From: Arcobacteraceae bacterium
GTDB lineage: Bacteria > Campylobacterota > Campylobacteria > Campylobacterales > Arcobacteraceae
Direction of reading: 5' to 3'
Assembly: GCA_965224485.1 (NCBI GenBank)
Contig: CBDCZH010000007.1
Location: forward strand, 45,152-109,151
DNA length: 64,000 nucleotides
The translations under genes and the position numbers were made by a program. Numbering within the stretch: the stretch's first letter is position 1; every line of letters begins with the position of its first letter. Below are positions 30,981 to 41,230 of this stretch, piece by piece. Below the pieces are notes generated by a model that was given only the letters and a program-made list of their open reading frames with translations, made no database searches and had not been told where the DNA came from.

Positions 30981-31877
30981 TTAAAACTCTCTTTCTATCA
31001 TAGCTTTCATAATCATTACAAGCTCAGGTGAATTTTCATTTTCTAAAATACTTATAGCTTCATTTCCAAGTTTTTTAGCTTCTTTTATAGAATCTTCTAA
31101 AGCTTTTGTACTTATCATTTGATCTTTTATCCAAGTTGTATCTTCGTTTGATAACTCTTTTTTATATAAAGATTCTAATTTATTTTTATCTTCTAGTCTT
31201 TGATGTAAAAGTAAATAAGGAATAGTAACTTTTCCCTCAACAAAATCAAGCATAGCAGGTTTTCCTAAGGTTTGTGAGTCAGAAGTAATATCTAAAATAT
31301 CATCAACCATTTGAAAAGCTAATCCAAGATTTTTTCCATATAAGGCATATTTTTTTTCATCTTTATTAACTAATAGGGCTGCACTTGCAGAAGAAGCCTC
31401 TATTAAAGAAGCTGTTTTCTTATAAATCATATTTAAATATTTATCAAGATCGCAATTAAAACTATTTGTAAGTTCAACATCTTGCATCTCTCCTATACTT
31501 AAAGAAGTAACTGCATTTGATATTGTATAAGCAATTTTACTGTCCATACTTGTTAATTGAGTAAAAGCAATTGAGTATAAAATATCTCCAAACATAATTG
31601 CAGTTTTATTATCAAATAAAGAATTAATAGAAGCTTTTCCTCTTCTTGTATCAGCTTCATCAATTACATCATCATGTAATAATGAGGCAGCATGAATCAT
31701 TTCAACTATTGCACATAACTTAATAGCACAAGCAGTACTGCCTGCAATTTTTAAAATAAGTTTTGATCGTAACATCTTACCTTGGGCTAAAAGATTTAAA
31801 AGTTTTAAACTTTTTTCATCACCACAAGCTTTTACAAACTCTTGTATTTTATCTTTTACTTCTTCTAATTCTTTCAC
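30981..31877 (-). CDS. Polyprenyl diphosphate synthase (IspB-like)
   Basis: LLHDDVID, RRG and FQMVDDILD. Confidence 0.92.
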   Translation of the reverse strand: MKELEEVKDKIQEFVKACGDEKSLKLLNLLAQGKMLRSKLILKIAGSTACAIKLCAIVEMIHAASLLHDDVIDEADTRRGKASINSLFDNKTAIMFGDILYSIAFTQLTSMDSKIAYTISNAVTSLSIGEMQDVELTNSFNCDLDKYLNMIYKKTASLIEASSASAALLVNKDEKKYALYGKNLGLAFQMVDDILDITSDSQTLGKPAMLDFVEGKVTIPYLLLHQRLEDKNKLESLYKKELSNEDTTWIKDQMISTKALEDSIKEAKKLGNEAISILENENSPELVMIMKAMIEREF

Positions 31878-31885
31878 ATAAACCC

Positions 31886-32188
31886 TTATGAATCTAATCT
31901 ACAGATAATTTCACCTGTAAATTCTATATATAAACCTTTTTTCATCTCATTAACTTTATCTGTATTCTCGAAGGTATATTGAGCTAACAATTTATTTAAA
32001 TCAAAGTTTTCATCTTTATCTTGTGTTAAAAGCATTTCCATCACTGCATATTTTTCAATAATCTTATCCATTTCATCTTGAACTACTTCACTTGATGAAT
32101 TATTTGATATATCAAAAAATTTTGATTTAGGACTTCCTGTAAAGATATCATCTTCATCTTCATTAAACCAATTTTTTGTATTACTCAT
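31886..32188 (-). CDS. DUF2018 family protein
   Basis: DDIFTGSPKSKFFD motif; conserved position upstream of the polyprenyl synthase gene and hemA. Confidence 0.7.
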   Translation of the reverse strand: MSNTKNWFNEDEDDIFTGSPKSKFFDISNNSSSEVVQDEMDKIIEKYAVMEMLLTQDKDENFDLNKLLAQYTFENTDKVNEMKKGLYIEFTGEIICRLDS

Positions 32189-32246
32189 TTTTTTCCTTTA
32201 TAATTAGTAATTTACTATTATTTTAAATAAATTACCTTGATTAGAA

Positions 32247-33539
32247 TTAAGTATCTAATCTAATTCGTACAGATTGTGCGTGAGCACTTAAACCTTCAGT
32301 ATCAGCTAATAGCGCACAAGCTTCACCAAGTTCGTTAATTGCTTCTTTTGAAAAAGAGATAATTGAAGATTTTTTCATAAAATTTTCAACATTTAATGGA
32401 GAGTAAAACTTAGCAGTACTTCCAGTAGGAAGTGTATGATTTGGACCTGCTATATAATCTCCAATTGGTTCAGGAGTATTCTCACCTAAAAATATAGCCC
32501 CTGCATGTTTAATTTTAGGTAATAATTCAAAAGCATTTACAACCATAACTTCTAAATGTTCAGGTGCAATTATATTCATTAGTTTTATAGCTTCATCCAT
32601 ATTTGAAGCAATGATAATAACACCACGCTCATCAATAGATTTTTTAGCAATAACACGTCTACTTAAAGTTTTTAAAAATTCATCAACTTCAAGTGAAGTT
32701 TGTTTTGCTATTTGCTCATCTGTTGTAATTAAAATCGAACTTGCCATTTCATCATGTTCTGCTTGTGATAATAAATCAATTGCTAAATACTTAGCTTTAG
32801 CACTACTATCTGCTAAAATTCCTATTTCTGAAGGTCCAGCAATCATATCAATATTTACTTCACCATATACTAGTTTTTTAGCAGTTGCTACAAAAACATT
32901 TCCAGGGCCTGTTATCACATCAACTTTTGGAATACTAGAAGTTCCATAAGCTAAAGCAGCTATTGCAGAAGCTCCACCTACTTTAAAAGCTTTTTTAATT
33001 CCACAAATATGCATAGCAGCTAAAAGAAGTTCACTTATTTCATTATTTGGAGTTGGAGTACAGACTATTATCTCTTCAACACCTGCAACTATTGCGGGAA
33101 TTGCATTCATAAGAAGTGAGCTTGGATAAACTGCTTTTCCACCTGGAATATATAAACCAGCAATATCAACAGGAGATACTTTTTGACCTAGAATACTTCC
33201 ATTTTTTTCAAAATCAATCCATGATTTTGGAAGCTGTTTCTCATGATAATTTTTAATTCTATCATAAGCTAAATGTAAAGATTTAGATAATTTTTCATCA
33301 AGATTTAAATAAGCTTTTTTCATAGATTCTTGTGAAATTACTAAATCACTATCTTCTTTTACTTCCCATTTATCGAACTTTAAGATATGTTCTTTAATAG
33401 CTTTATTTCCATTTACAACAATATCATCAATAATAGTTTTTACTATTGAAGTTACATCATTAATATCACCCTTAGCTCTGTTTAAAATAACTTCAAATTC
33501 ATCTTTAAAATTGATATCTTTAGTATTAATTATCTTCAC
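32247..33539 (-). CDS. hisD: Histidinol dehydrogenase
   Basis: GLYIPGG, DMIAGPSE, SQAEH, APEHLE and GPNHTLPT. Confidence 0.97.
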   Translation of the reverse strand: MKIINTKDINFKDEFEVILNRAKGDINDVTSIVKTIIDDIVVNGNKAIKEHILKFDKWEVKEDSDLVISQESMKKAYLNLDEKLSKSLHLAYDRIKNYHEKQLPKSWIDFEKNGSILGQKVSPVDIAGLYIPGGKAVYPSSLLMNAIPAIVAGVEEIIVCTPTPNNEISELLLAAMHICGIKKAFKVGGASAIAALAYGTSSIPKVDVITGPGNVFVATAKKLVYGEVNIDMIAGPSEIGILADSSAKAKYLAIDLLSQAEHDEMASSILITTDEQIAKQTSLEVDEFLKTLSRRVIAKKSIDERGVIIIASNMDEAIKLMNIIAPEHLEVMVVNAFELLPKIKHAGAIFLGENTPEPIGDYIAGPNHTLPTGSTAKFYSPLNVENFMKKSSIISFSKEAINELGEACALLADTEGLSAHAQSVRIRLDT

Positions 33540-33541
33540 AC

Positions 33542-34063
33542 TTAACCTTTTGTTTTTTCTAATATTTCATCTACAATTTTACTTATAGGTCTTAATTCTA
33601 CATCAATAACAAAATCACTTATGTCCTCATATTGTGTAATTCTTTGATTATATAATTCTTTTGCTTCTTCAAGATTTTGTAATAAAGGACGTTTTTTTAG
33701 TTTTGCTTGTGCATTAGGAGCATTATTAATTCTATTTAAGATGCCATCAAAACTAGACTTCAAATAAATTACTGTTCCTATATTTTTAAGATTTTCTTGT
33801 TTATAAAAGCCACCACCTGTAGAGATAATAGAATTATCTAAAGAGAGTTCCAACCATAAAGCACACTTTTCTTCAAGTTTACGAAAATAAGCTTCTCCAT
33901 GTGTACTAAAAATATCTTTTACTTTTAATTTAGAGATAGATTCAATTAAATCATCAGTATCAACTGAGAATTTACCTGATTTTTTAAATAAAGCACGTGC
34001 AATTGTACCTTTACCAACACCCATAAAACCTATTAAAATTATATTATTCTTTTTCATAGTCAA
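33542..34063 (-). CDS. aroK: Shikimate kinase
   Basis: GFMGVGKGT, DTD, GEAYFR, STGGG and RPL. Confidence 0.93.
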   Translation of the reverse strand: MTMKKNNIILIGFMGVGKGTIARALFKKSGKFSVDTDDLIESISKLKVKDIFSTHGEAYFRKLEEKCALWLELSLDNSIISTGGGFYKQENLKNIGTVIYLKSSFDGILNRINNAPNAQAKLKKRPLLQNLEEAKELYNQRITQYEDISDFVIDVELRPISKIVDEILEKTKG

Positions 34064-34100
34064 TAATTATATCTAAAACATTGTAAATTTTTTAAAAGAA

Positions 34101-34997
34101 TTATGAAAACTTTCTTTTATATCTTTTTATCATGCTTTTATTTCCCAATATACCACCTTGGTGAATATATATAATAGAAGGTTTAGATTCTTGCTTTAAG
34201 TTTTCTAAATAAGAAAAGAGACTTAAAAAACCTAAAGGATCATATAACAAATCAAACTCTATATTTGTTTGTTTTAATATATCTTCATAAATAGAATAAA
34301 ACTCTTTATAAAGTTTTCCAAAGTGATATTTTTTTTCACTCTTCAGAATTGTAGGATGAAAGTTTTCATTTTCTTCAAGAGAGAAAAATTCTTTTTTCAA
34401 ATAGCTTTCACCTCCTACACAGGCACAGGTTAAAACTTCATAATCTTTTAAATTCTTTTGCAAAAACAAAGAAGTAGTTCCTGTTCCACTAGGAAGCATA
34501 ATTTTACAGTTTTGCAAATTATTTTCTTTTATATATTCTTTTATTTCATTTGCTAATATTTTAACTCCAACTTCTGCTTCTTTTACTCTACCACCTTCTT
34601 GTATATAAACAAAATCTTCTTCACTTTTTAAAATATCTTCTTCTATATACTCTTGCATATCACTTACGTCTTTTTGTATTATATTTGCACTATTATTTAA
34701 GGCTGCTTCATAGTTCCCATCTGGATTAGTTTTTAAAAAAGAAGAAATATGTTTAACATAAAAATCAAGTTTTACATCTTTTATTTTTGCTAAACAAGAC
34801 AGAGAATATAAAGAGTTAGCTTGAGCAGAACCAAAAGAGATAATTTTTTTTACTTTTGTGAAATCTTGCTGTAAAAAATAGTAAAATTTTCTAGCTTTAT
34901 TACCAGAGAAATCATGGGATAACAAGTCATCTCTTTTAAGGTAAAAATTAAAATTATTATAACTTATAGTTTGCATTGGGGAGTTTATACTTTTCAT
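34101..34997 (-). CDS. ACC deaminase/D-cysteine desulfhydrase family PLP enzyme
   Basis: KRDDLL...SGNKARK, SGTGTT and HQGG. Confidence 0.85.
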   Translation of the reverse strand: MKSINSPMQTISYNNFNFYLKRDDLLSHDFSGNKARKFYYFLQQDFTKVKKIISFGSAQANSLYSLSCLAKIKDVKLDFYVKHISSFLKTNPDGNYEAALNNSANIIQKDVSDMQEYIEEDILKSEEDFVYIQEGGRVKEAEVGVKILANEIKEYIKENNLQNCKIMLPSGTGTTSLFLQKNLKDYEVLTCACVGGESYLKKEFFSLEENENFHPTILKSEKKYHFGKLYKEFYSIYEDILKQTNIEFDLLYDPLGFLSLFSYLENLKQESKPSIIYIHQGGILGNKSMIKRYKRKFS

Positions 34998-35069
34998 TAG
35001 TTAAATTATACTAAAATACCTTAAATTTAAAGTCATAATTATAAAAATAGAAAAGAAAAGAGAGAAAGA

Positions 35070-35549
35070 ATGGAATTATTATCATATATTGATAAAGGCG
35101 GAATAATAGCTTATATTTTAATTATTTTGAATTTTACAGGTTTCACAATAATTATTTGGAAATTTTTAACCCTACCTAGACAAAATACCATGCTTAAAAA
35201 AATCAGAAGTAAAATAAATATAAATGAAGAAAAAACATTAAATGCACAAATAGAGTATGAGGTAAAAAAACTAGAATCTGGTTTAACATATATTAAAAAC
35301 ATAGCTTCAGTTGCGCCTTTACTTGGTTTATTAGGAACAGTTTTTGGAGTATTTAAAGCTTTTGAGGCAATTACAAGCCAAGGTCTTGGGGATCCAAGTA
35401 TTTTTTCACATGGAATTTCACTTGCTTTAATAACTACCATAATAGGTTTAATTGTAGCCATTCCTCACCATATTTCATATAATCATTTTATTTCAATAAT
35501 TGACTCAATTGAATTAAAAGCAAAAAAAGAAATAGTAGCAAAGAGTTAA
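35070..35549 (+). CDS. exbB: MotA/TolQ/ExbB proton channel protein
   Basis: APLLGLLGTVFG and ALITTIIGLIVAIP. Confidence 0.88.
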   Translation: MELLSYIDKGGIIAYILIILNFTGFTIIIWKFLTLPRQNTMLKKIRSKININEEKTLNAQIEYEVKKLESGLTYIKNIASVAPLLGLLGTVFGVFKAFEAITSQGLGDPSIFSHGISLALITTIIGLIVAIPHHISYNHFISIIDSIELKAKKEIVAKS

Positions 35550-35550
35550 G

Positions 35551-35934
35551 ATGAAAAGAAGAGAAAGTTTAGGAATTGATTTAACACCTGTAATTGATAT
35601 AGTGTTTATCTTGCTTATATTTTTTATAGTTACTTCTGTTTTTAAAAAAGATGAGCTAGCTTTAATTTTAGACCTACCAAGCTCAGATGCAAAAGAACTT
35701 GTAGTTAAAAAAGATGAAATATTTATAGAAGTATCAACTAACTTTTTAGCAATAAAAGGAATAAAAGTTTCTTTTAACTCTTTAGAAGATAATTTAAAAG
35801 AGATAAAAAACAATAAAAAACCTGTAATTGTAAGAATTGATAAAAAAGTACCTTATGAAAAAGTAATCAAAGTTTTAGACTTATTACAAAAATATAACTT
35901 AAATAACTTAGCCCTAGTTACGAATACAAATTAA
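35551..35934 (+). CDS. exbD: ExbD/TolR family protein
   Basis: DLTPVIDIVFILLIFF. Confidence 0.9.
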   Translation: MKRRESLGIDLTPVIDIVFILLIFFIVTSVFKKDELALILDLPSSDAKELVVKKDEIFIEVSTNFLAIKGIKVSFNSLEDNLKEIKNNKKPVIVRIDKKVPYEKVIKVLDLLQKYNLNNLALVTNTN

Positions 35935-35943
35935 AGAAGAAAA

Positions 35944-36636
35944 ATGGAATTTAACGGTTTTAAAGAAGATGGAATAAAATTCTTAGATGAAATAAAAGAA
36001 AATAACAATAAGCTCTGGTTTGAAGCAAATAGAACTAGATGGAAAGAATTAATTTTAGAGCCAAATATTGCTTATGTAGAAGAAATGGGAGAGCATTTGA
36101 TTGCTCTTGCTCCTTTAATAAATGCACGTCCTAAAGTAGCAGGTTCTTTATTTAAAATATATAGAGATGTAAGATTTTCAAAAGACAAAACTCCAATAAA
36201 AACTAAAATAGGTGTGATATTTTGGCAAGGAAGTGCGCATAGAATGCAAAGTGCTTGTTTTTATATGCAGTATAAAAGTGATGAAGTTTTAATAGCAACA
36301 GGAATAAGAGTTTTCAAATCTGAGCTTTTAAAAGCATATAGAGAATACATAAAAATAGAAAAAAATGCCCAAGCCTTAGATGAAATTTTGCAAAATTTAA
36401 AAGAGCAAAAACTAAAAGGATTAGAACCTCATTATAAAAGATACCCACAAGGTTTCAAAAGTGATGACAAATATGCCTATTTATCTTTATATAATGGTTT
36501 ATTTGCCTACACAACATATAAACCAAATAAAACATTTTTTTCAAAAAACATAATAAATAAAAATTTCAAGTTTTATGATAATACAAGAGAATTGTTTGAA
36601 TGGTTATATGAGTTCACTTTATATGTAAAAGAGTAA
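35944..36636 (+). CDS. DUF2461 family protein
   Basis: NNNKLWFEAN and IYRDVRFSKDKTPIK. Confidence 0.85.
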   Translation: MEFNGFKEDGIKFLDEIKENNNKLWFEANRTRWKELILEPNIAYVEEMGEHLIALAPLINARPKVAGSLFKIYRDVRFSKDKTPIKTKIGVIFWQGSAHRMQSACFYMQYKSDEVLIATGIRVFKSELLKAYREYIKIEKNAQALDEILQNLKEQKLKGLEPHYKRYPQGFKSDDKYAYLSLYNGLFAYTTYKPNKTFFSKNIINKNFKFYDNTRELFEWLYEFTLYVKE

Positions 36637-36686
36637 AATTACTTTATGTTATAATATTTAAGAAAAAATAAAAAGGAAGAATATTT

Positions 36687-36989
36687 ATGATGTCAAAAGA
36701 AATTAACAAAACAAATATTTTAACTTATTTAAAAGAACATTATTTAGAGTTTAAAGACAAGTACCAAGTTGAGCAAATAGGACTATTTGGAAGCTATGCA
36801 AGAGATGAAGCATCACTAAATAGTGATATTGATATTTACGTAAAAATGAAACCCTCAATGTTTGATTTAATAGCAATAAAAGATCAAATTCAAAATGATT
36901 TAAATAAAAAAGTTGACATTATTAGAGAGCATAAAAATATTAAACCTATTTTACTTGAAGAAATTAAAAGAGACTTAATAAATGCATAA
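36687..36989 (+). CDS. Minimal nucleotidyltransferase (MntA-type antitoxin)
   Basis: LFGSYARDEASLNSDIDI (GSX10DXD). Confidence 0.9.
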   Translation: MMSKEINKTNILTYLKEHYLEFKDKYQVEQIGLFGSYARDEASLNSDIDIYVKMKPSMFDLIAIKDQIQNDLNKKVDIIREHKNIKPILLEEIKRDLINA

Positions 36990-37353
36990 TAAAGAACTTA
37001 TTCTCTCTTCTTTAGAAGATATAAGTTTCTCTTTAGAACTAGTTTTAAAAAGAGTAAAAAACATACAAACAGCAGATGATTTTTTAGAAAGTGAAAATGG
37101 CTTAGAAAAACTAGATAGTATCTCAATGAGACTAGTTGCCATAGGTGAAGCTTTTAAAAATATTGATAAATTATCAAATAATACTATCTTAAAAAACTAT
37201 CCTCAAATTCCATGGAAACAAGTTAAAGGAATAAGAGATATTTTATCTCACCACTATTTTGACATTGATGCAGAAATAATATTTGATGTATCAAAAGATG
37301 AAATACCAAAATTACTTACTATTGTAAATCAAATGAAAAAAGATTTATCTTAG
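36982..37353 (+). CDS. HEPN/DUF86 ribonuclease (HepT-type toxin)
   Basis: IPWKQVKGIRDILSHHYF (RX4H); overlaps the MNT gene. Confidence 0.9.
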   Translation: MHNKELILSSLEDISFSLELVLKRVKNIQTADDFLESENGLEKLDSISMRLVAIGEAFKNIDKLSNNTILKNYPQIPWKQVKGIRDILSHHYFDIDAEIIFDVSKDEIPKLLTIVNQMKKDLS

Positions 37354-37466
37354 AATATTTATAAATAATTTAATAAAAGTAATAATTAACGTTAAAACTT
37401 AATATTATATATATTTAAATAATTTTTATATATAATAGTTTATAATAAATATAAGAAGGATTAGAA

Positions 37467-38078
37467 TTGGCATTAATTGACTGTCCAGAGTGTAATAAAG
37501 AGATAAGTGATAAATCAGATAAGTGTATTAATTGTGGTTTTCCGTTAGATGTAAAGCAAGAAAATAATATTACTGAAATAAAAGAAGATAGTAATTCCCT
37601 GAAAAAAGAAAAACTAGTGTGTCAAATAGAAATAAAAGGAAATGAAGATTGGTCACCTACCTCTCCATATTTACATGGGACAGTAGCCATACTAATGTTG
37701 CTAATGATTATAATATCAATATTCAGTAAAGAGTTTTGGGAGGGTATTTTAGTTACTTTAGTTTTAGGATCAATAGGAATATATTTTGCTAATATTATAT
37801 ACGTATTAACACCTTTTTATTGGAAAAAGAAAAAAAACAATCAAATAATCTATGAATATTTTAAAAAAAGATTTCATACAATTAGTGATTTTGATTATAA
37901 AAAACATGAAAAAATAGATGAATTTAATGAAATAATTGAAACATCATATAAATCATTAGAAAATGATGAATTGTTATTTCAAATTTATATGAAAGCTTTT
38001 AATAAAAATGCAGATGCAGTTATGTTAGACAAAATTAATGAAACTGAAGTGAATTGTATATTAATTAAATATAAATAA
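37467..38078 (+). CDS. Zinc-ribbon domain membrane protein
   Basis: MALIDCPECNKEISDKSDKCINCGFP plus two TM helices; TTG start with AAGGA RBS. Confidence 0.75.
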   Translation: MALIDCPECNKEISDKSDKCINCGFPLDVKQENNITEIKEDSNSLKKEKLVCQIEIKGNEDWSPTSPYLHGTVAILMLLMIIISIFSKEFWEGILVTLVLGSIGIYFANIIYVLTPFYWKKKKNNQIIYEYFKKRFHTISDFDYKKHEKIDEFNEIIETSYKSLENDELLFQIYMKAFNKNADAVMLDKINETEVNCILIKYK

Positions 38079-38104
38079 TATCTCTTTTAAATAAAATAAT
38101 TAAG

Positions 38105-38250
38105 TAAAATCAATTTATTTAATCAAATTTTGACAGATTCCAAGGCAGTTTTATTATTTTAAGTAGGAGCATACATTAGTATGTGAGTATTTAAAATAAT
38201 AAAGCTAACGCCGGAATATTTTAAAAGTTGGTTAAATAAATTGTATTTTA
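38105..38250 (+). repeat. Dispersed structured hairpin element, copy 3
   Basis: CAAGGC (38141), GGAGCATAC-atta-GTATGTGA, AACGCCG (38207); the right outer arm ends exactly at the tRNA CCA end. Confidence 0.85.
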
Positions 38251-38337
38251 TGGTACCGCTAGTCGGATTCGAACCGACACTCCATTGCTGGAAAGGGATT
38301 TTGAATCCCTCGAGTCTACCAATTTCTCCATAGCGGC
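38251..38337 (-). tRNA. tRNA-Leu (CAA)
   Basis: GCCGCTA acceptor stem, AGGGA-TTCAAAA-TCCCT anticodon arm, long variable arm, GGTTCGAATCC and encoded CCA. Confidence 0.97.
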
Positions 38338-38364
38338 AATTATTTTAAGTCTTGTATTGTAGTG

Positions 38365-38398
38365 ATAAGCTTTTAAAAGTTTCCTTAAAAAAGCTTAT
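38365..38398 (-). terminator. Possible terminator after fbaA
   Basis: ATAAGCTTTT...AAAAGCTTAT inverted repeat. Confidence 0.4.
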
Positions 38399-38411
38399 AT
38401 ATTTACAGTTC

Positions 38412-39479
38412 TTAGTTTTTATTTATTGAGCATAAATCACTATATGCTACTTCTAATCTTTTTATTAAACTTAGCTGACCTGCTCTTAGCCATTTTCTAG
38501 GATCATAATAAGATTTATTAGGTTTATCAGGATCATTTGGATTTCCAATTTGACCTTGTAAAAAATCTCTATTAGAGGCTTCGTATTCTCTTACACCATC
38601 CCAAAATGCCCATTGAGTATCTGTATCAATATTCATTTTAATAACACCATAAGAAATAGCTTCTCTAATTTCTTCAAGTTTGGAACCTGAACCACCATGA
38701 AAAACAAAATCAACAGCTTGTTCGTTAGTATTATATCTTTCTTGAATATATTTTTGAGAATTAGCTAAAATTTTTGGACTTAATTGTACATTTCCTGGTT
38801 TATAAACCCCATGTACATTTCCAAATGATGCTGCTATTGTAAAATTAGGAGATACTTCACTTAGTTTTTCATAAGCGTAAGCTACTTCTTCTGGTTGAGT
38901 ATATAATAAGGTATTGTCAATATCAGAATTATCAACACCATCTTCTTCTCCACCAGTAATTCCTAGCTCAATTTCAATCATCATATCAAGTTTGCTCATT
39001 CGTTTGAAATATTCTACACATGTAGATATATTCTCTTCTAAAGGTTCTTCACTTAAATCTAACATATGAGAAGTATACAAAGGTCTTCCATTTTTCTCAT
39101 AAAAAGAAAGACTTGCTTCTAATAAACCATCAATCCATGGAAGAAGTTTTCTTGCTGCATGATCTGTATGTAAAATAACAGGTATTCCATAGGCTTGCGC
39201 TAAAGCGTGTACATGCATAGCCCCTGAAATACCACCAAGAAGTCCAGGCATTTTAGCATTTAGACCTTTACCTTCAAAATAAGAAGCTCCACCTTGAGAG
39301 AATTGTATAATTATTGGAGAATTAACTTTTTTAGCAACTTCTAAAACAGCATTAACTGAATCTGTACTTACAACATTTACAGCAGGTATTGCAAACTTAT
39401 TTTCTTTTGCATATTTAAAAAGTTTTTTAGCCTCACTACCACTTAACACTCCGGCATTTACTACATCTAATATTCCCAA
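38412..39479 (-). CDS. fbaA: Class II fructose-bisphosphate aldolase
   Basis: HTDH, ELGITGGEEDG, FGNVHGVY and FHGGSG; TTG start at 39479 with AAGGA RBS (the track start at 39503 overlaps the upstream gene). Confidence 0.96.
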   Translation of the reverse strand: MGILDVVNAGVLSGSEAKKLFKYAKENKFAIPAVNVVSTDSVNAVLEVAKKVNSPIIIQFSQGGASYFEGKGLNAKMPGLLGGISGAMHVHALAQAYGIPVILHTDHAARKLLPWIDGLLEASLSFYEKNGRPLYTSHMLDLSEEPLEENISTCVEYFKRMSKLDMMIEIELGITGGEEDGVDNSDIDNTLLYTQPEEVAYAYEKLSEVSPNFTIAASFGNVHGVYKPGNVQLSPKILANSQKYIQERYNTNEQAVDFVFHGGSGSKLEEIREAISYGVIKMNIDTDTQWAFWDGVREYEASNRDFLQGQIGNPNDPDKPNKSYYDPRKWLRAGQLSLIKRLEVAYSDLCSINKN

Positions 39480-39489
39480 ATTGGATTCC

Positions 39490-40299
39490 TTATTTAATAA
39501 CAATTTTAGCAGTTTTTCTTAATCTTTGTACATTCAATTTAATTTGATCTGAATATCTTTTTTGAACAAGAATCTGTGTAATTTTTTTCTCAACTTCATT
39601 AAAACTTAAAGCTTTTGCAGGTGTTTTATTTTCTAAATAAATTACATGAAAACCAAATTGTGTTTTAACAGGAGTTTTTGAATAATTCCCTTTTTTTAAA
39701 GCAGATGCAGCTTTTGAAAACTCTGGAACCATTTGTTTTGGTGAAAATTTACCTAAGTAACCACCTTTTGCACCAGTTGGTCCAATTGATAACTCTTTAG
39801 CAATTTTTTCAAAAGTAGCTTTTTTATTTTTTGCTTTATTTAATCTTTTAATTACCGCTTGTGCTTCTTTATTAGTTTTAACCAAAATATGTCTAGCTTC
39901 TAAAGCTTCTTGTGTTTGAAACTTCTCTTTATTTTTTTTGTAAAAACTTTCTTTATCAGCTTTTGTAACTATAATTTTTTTAAATTCAGCTTGCATCCAT
40001 ATTTCTAATGCTAAGTCTTGTTTTAATTTTTCTAAAGCATTTTTATAAGAAGTTTGTTCTTGAACTCCACTTTTCATAGCTTCAATTGTTAAAAGCTTTT
40101 TTTCAACTGCTTGATTGATAACTTTCTTTTGTGTTTCTTTTGGCAGTGTATTAAAATTTATCTTTGGGTTTCTTAATATTTGAGCTATTTCAGAATTAGT
40201 TATTTCTTGACCATTTACTGTTGCTAAAACATTTGCTGCGCTTAATGAGCTAACTGTTAAAGTTAAACTTGCAAGAAGACTTAAAACTACTTTTTTCAT
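39490..40299 (-). CDS. PEB4/Cbf2-like parvulin PPIase
   Basis: Signal peptide; ARHILV, GGYLG, MVPEFS and KTQFGFHVI. Confidence 0.9.
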   Translation of the reverse strand: MKKVVLSLLASLTLTVSSLSAANVLATVNGQEITNSEIAQILRNPKINFNTLPKETQKKVINQAVEKKLLTIEAMKSGVQEQTSYKNALEKLKQDLALEIWMQAEFKKIIVTKADKESFYKKNKEKFQTQEALEARHILVKTNKEAQAVIKRLNKAKNKKATFEKIAKELSIGPTGAKGGYLGKFSPKQMVPEFSKAASALKKGNYSKTPVKTQFGFHVIYLENKTPAKALSFNEVEKKITQILVQKRYSDQIKLNVQRLRKTAKIVIK

Positions 40300-40528
40300 A
40301 CTTTTCCTTAGATTTTTTTATAAACGTTATTTTACCTTTTTTTTATTAACAAATAGTTAATTCAATAAAATTTACAAAAAAATATATTGACAATTCATTT
40401 AAAAGCCCTATTTTACCTTATTTACATACAAATTTAAGATTTCTTTAAAAAAACCTTTTAATCTAAAAGTATTTATGTTATAATTCGCCAAAATTTAAAC
40501 TTAACTTAACTTTAAGGAAACAAATATA

Positions 40529-41221
40529 ATGAGAATTTTAATTATTGAAGACGAAATCACATTAAACAGAACTTTGCAAGAAGGTCTTTCTGATTTTGGG
40601 TACCAAGTAGATGCAGCAGAAAATTATAAAGATGCTGAGTACTTTATTGACATTAGAAACTATGACTTAGTTTTAACTGATTGGATGTTACCAGATGGTG
40701 ACGGAATTGAACTATGTAAGATTGTAAAAAACAGAAGTTCTAGAACTGCTGTTGTTATCGTTTCTGCAAGAGATGATAAAGAGAGTGAAATAGAAGCATT
40801 AAAATCAGGTGCTGATGATTATATTAAAAAACCATTTGATTTTGATATCTTACTTGCTAGAATAGAAGCTAGATTAAGATTTGGTGGAACTAATGTAATT
40901 GAAGTTGATAAATTAACTATTAACCCTGATGAAGAAAAAATCATTTATGATGGTGAAGAGATTGAATTAAAAGGTAAACCTTTTGAAGTATTAACTCACC
41001 TAGCTCGTCATAGAGATCAAATTGTTTCAAAAGAACAATTATTAGATGCAATTTGGGAAGAACCTGAATTAGTTACTCCAAATGTAATTGAAGTTGCAAT
41101 TAATCAGATTAGACAAAAAATGGATAAACCTTTAAATATTTCTACTATTGAAACAATTAGAAGAAGAGGTTATAGATTCTGTTATCCAACTGCAGATCAA
41201 GAAGCTGAAAAAAACAAATAA
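40529..41221 (+). CDS. hsrA: HsrA/CosR-family OmpR response regulator
   Basis: DIRNYDLVL, KGKPFEVLTHLARHRDQIVSKEQLLDAIWEEPELVTPNVIEVAINQIRQKMDKPL. Confidence 0.93.
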   Translation: MRILIIEDEITLNRTLQEGLSDFGYQVDAAENYKDAEYFIDIRNYDLVLTDWMLPDGDGIELCKIVKNRSSRTAVVIVSARDDKESEIEALKSGADDYIKKPFDFDILLARIEARLRFGGTNVIEVDKLTINPDEEKIIYDGEEIELKGKPFEVLTHLARHRDQIVSKEQLLDAIWEEPELVTPNVIEVAINQIRQKMDKPLNISTIETIRRRGYRFCYPTADQEAEKNK

Positions 41222-41230
41222 GAAATAAAG

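Noticed and set aside
36687..38337. Prophage or integrative element at tRNA-Leu
   Set aside because: No integrase, phage genes or duplicated tRNA 3' end (att) seen.
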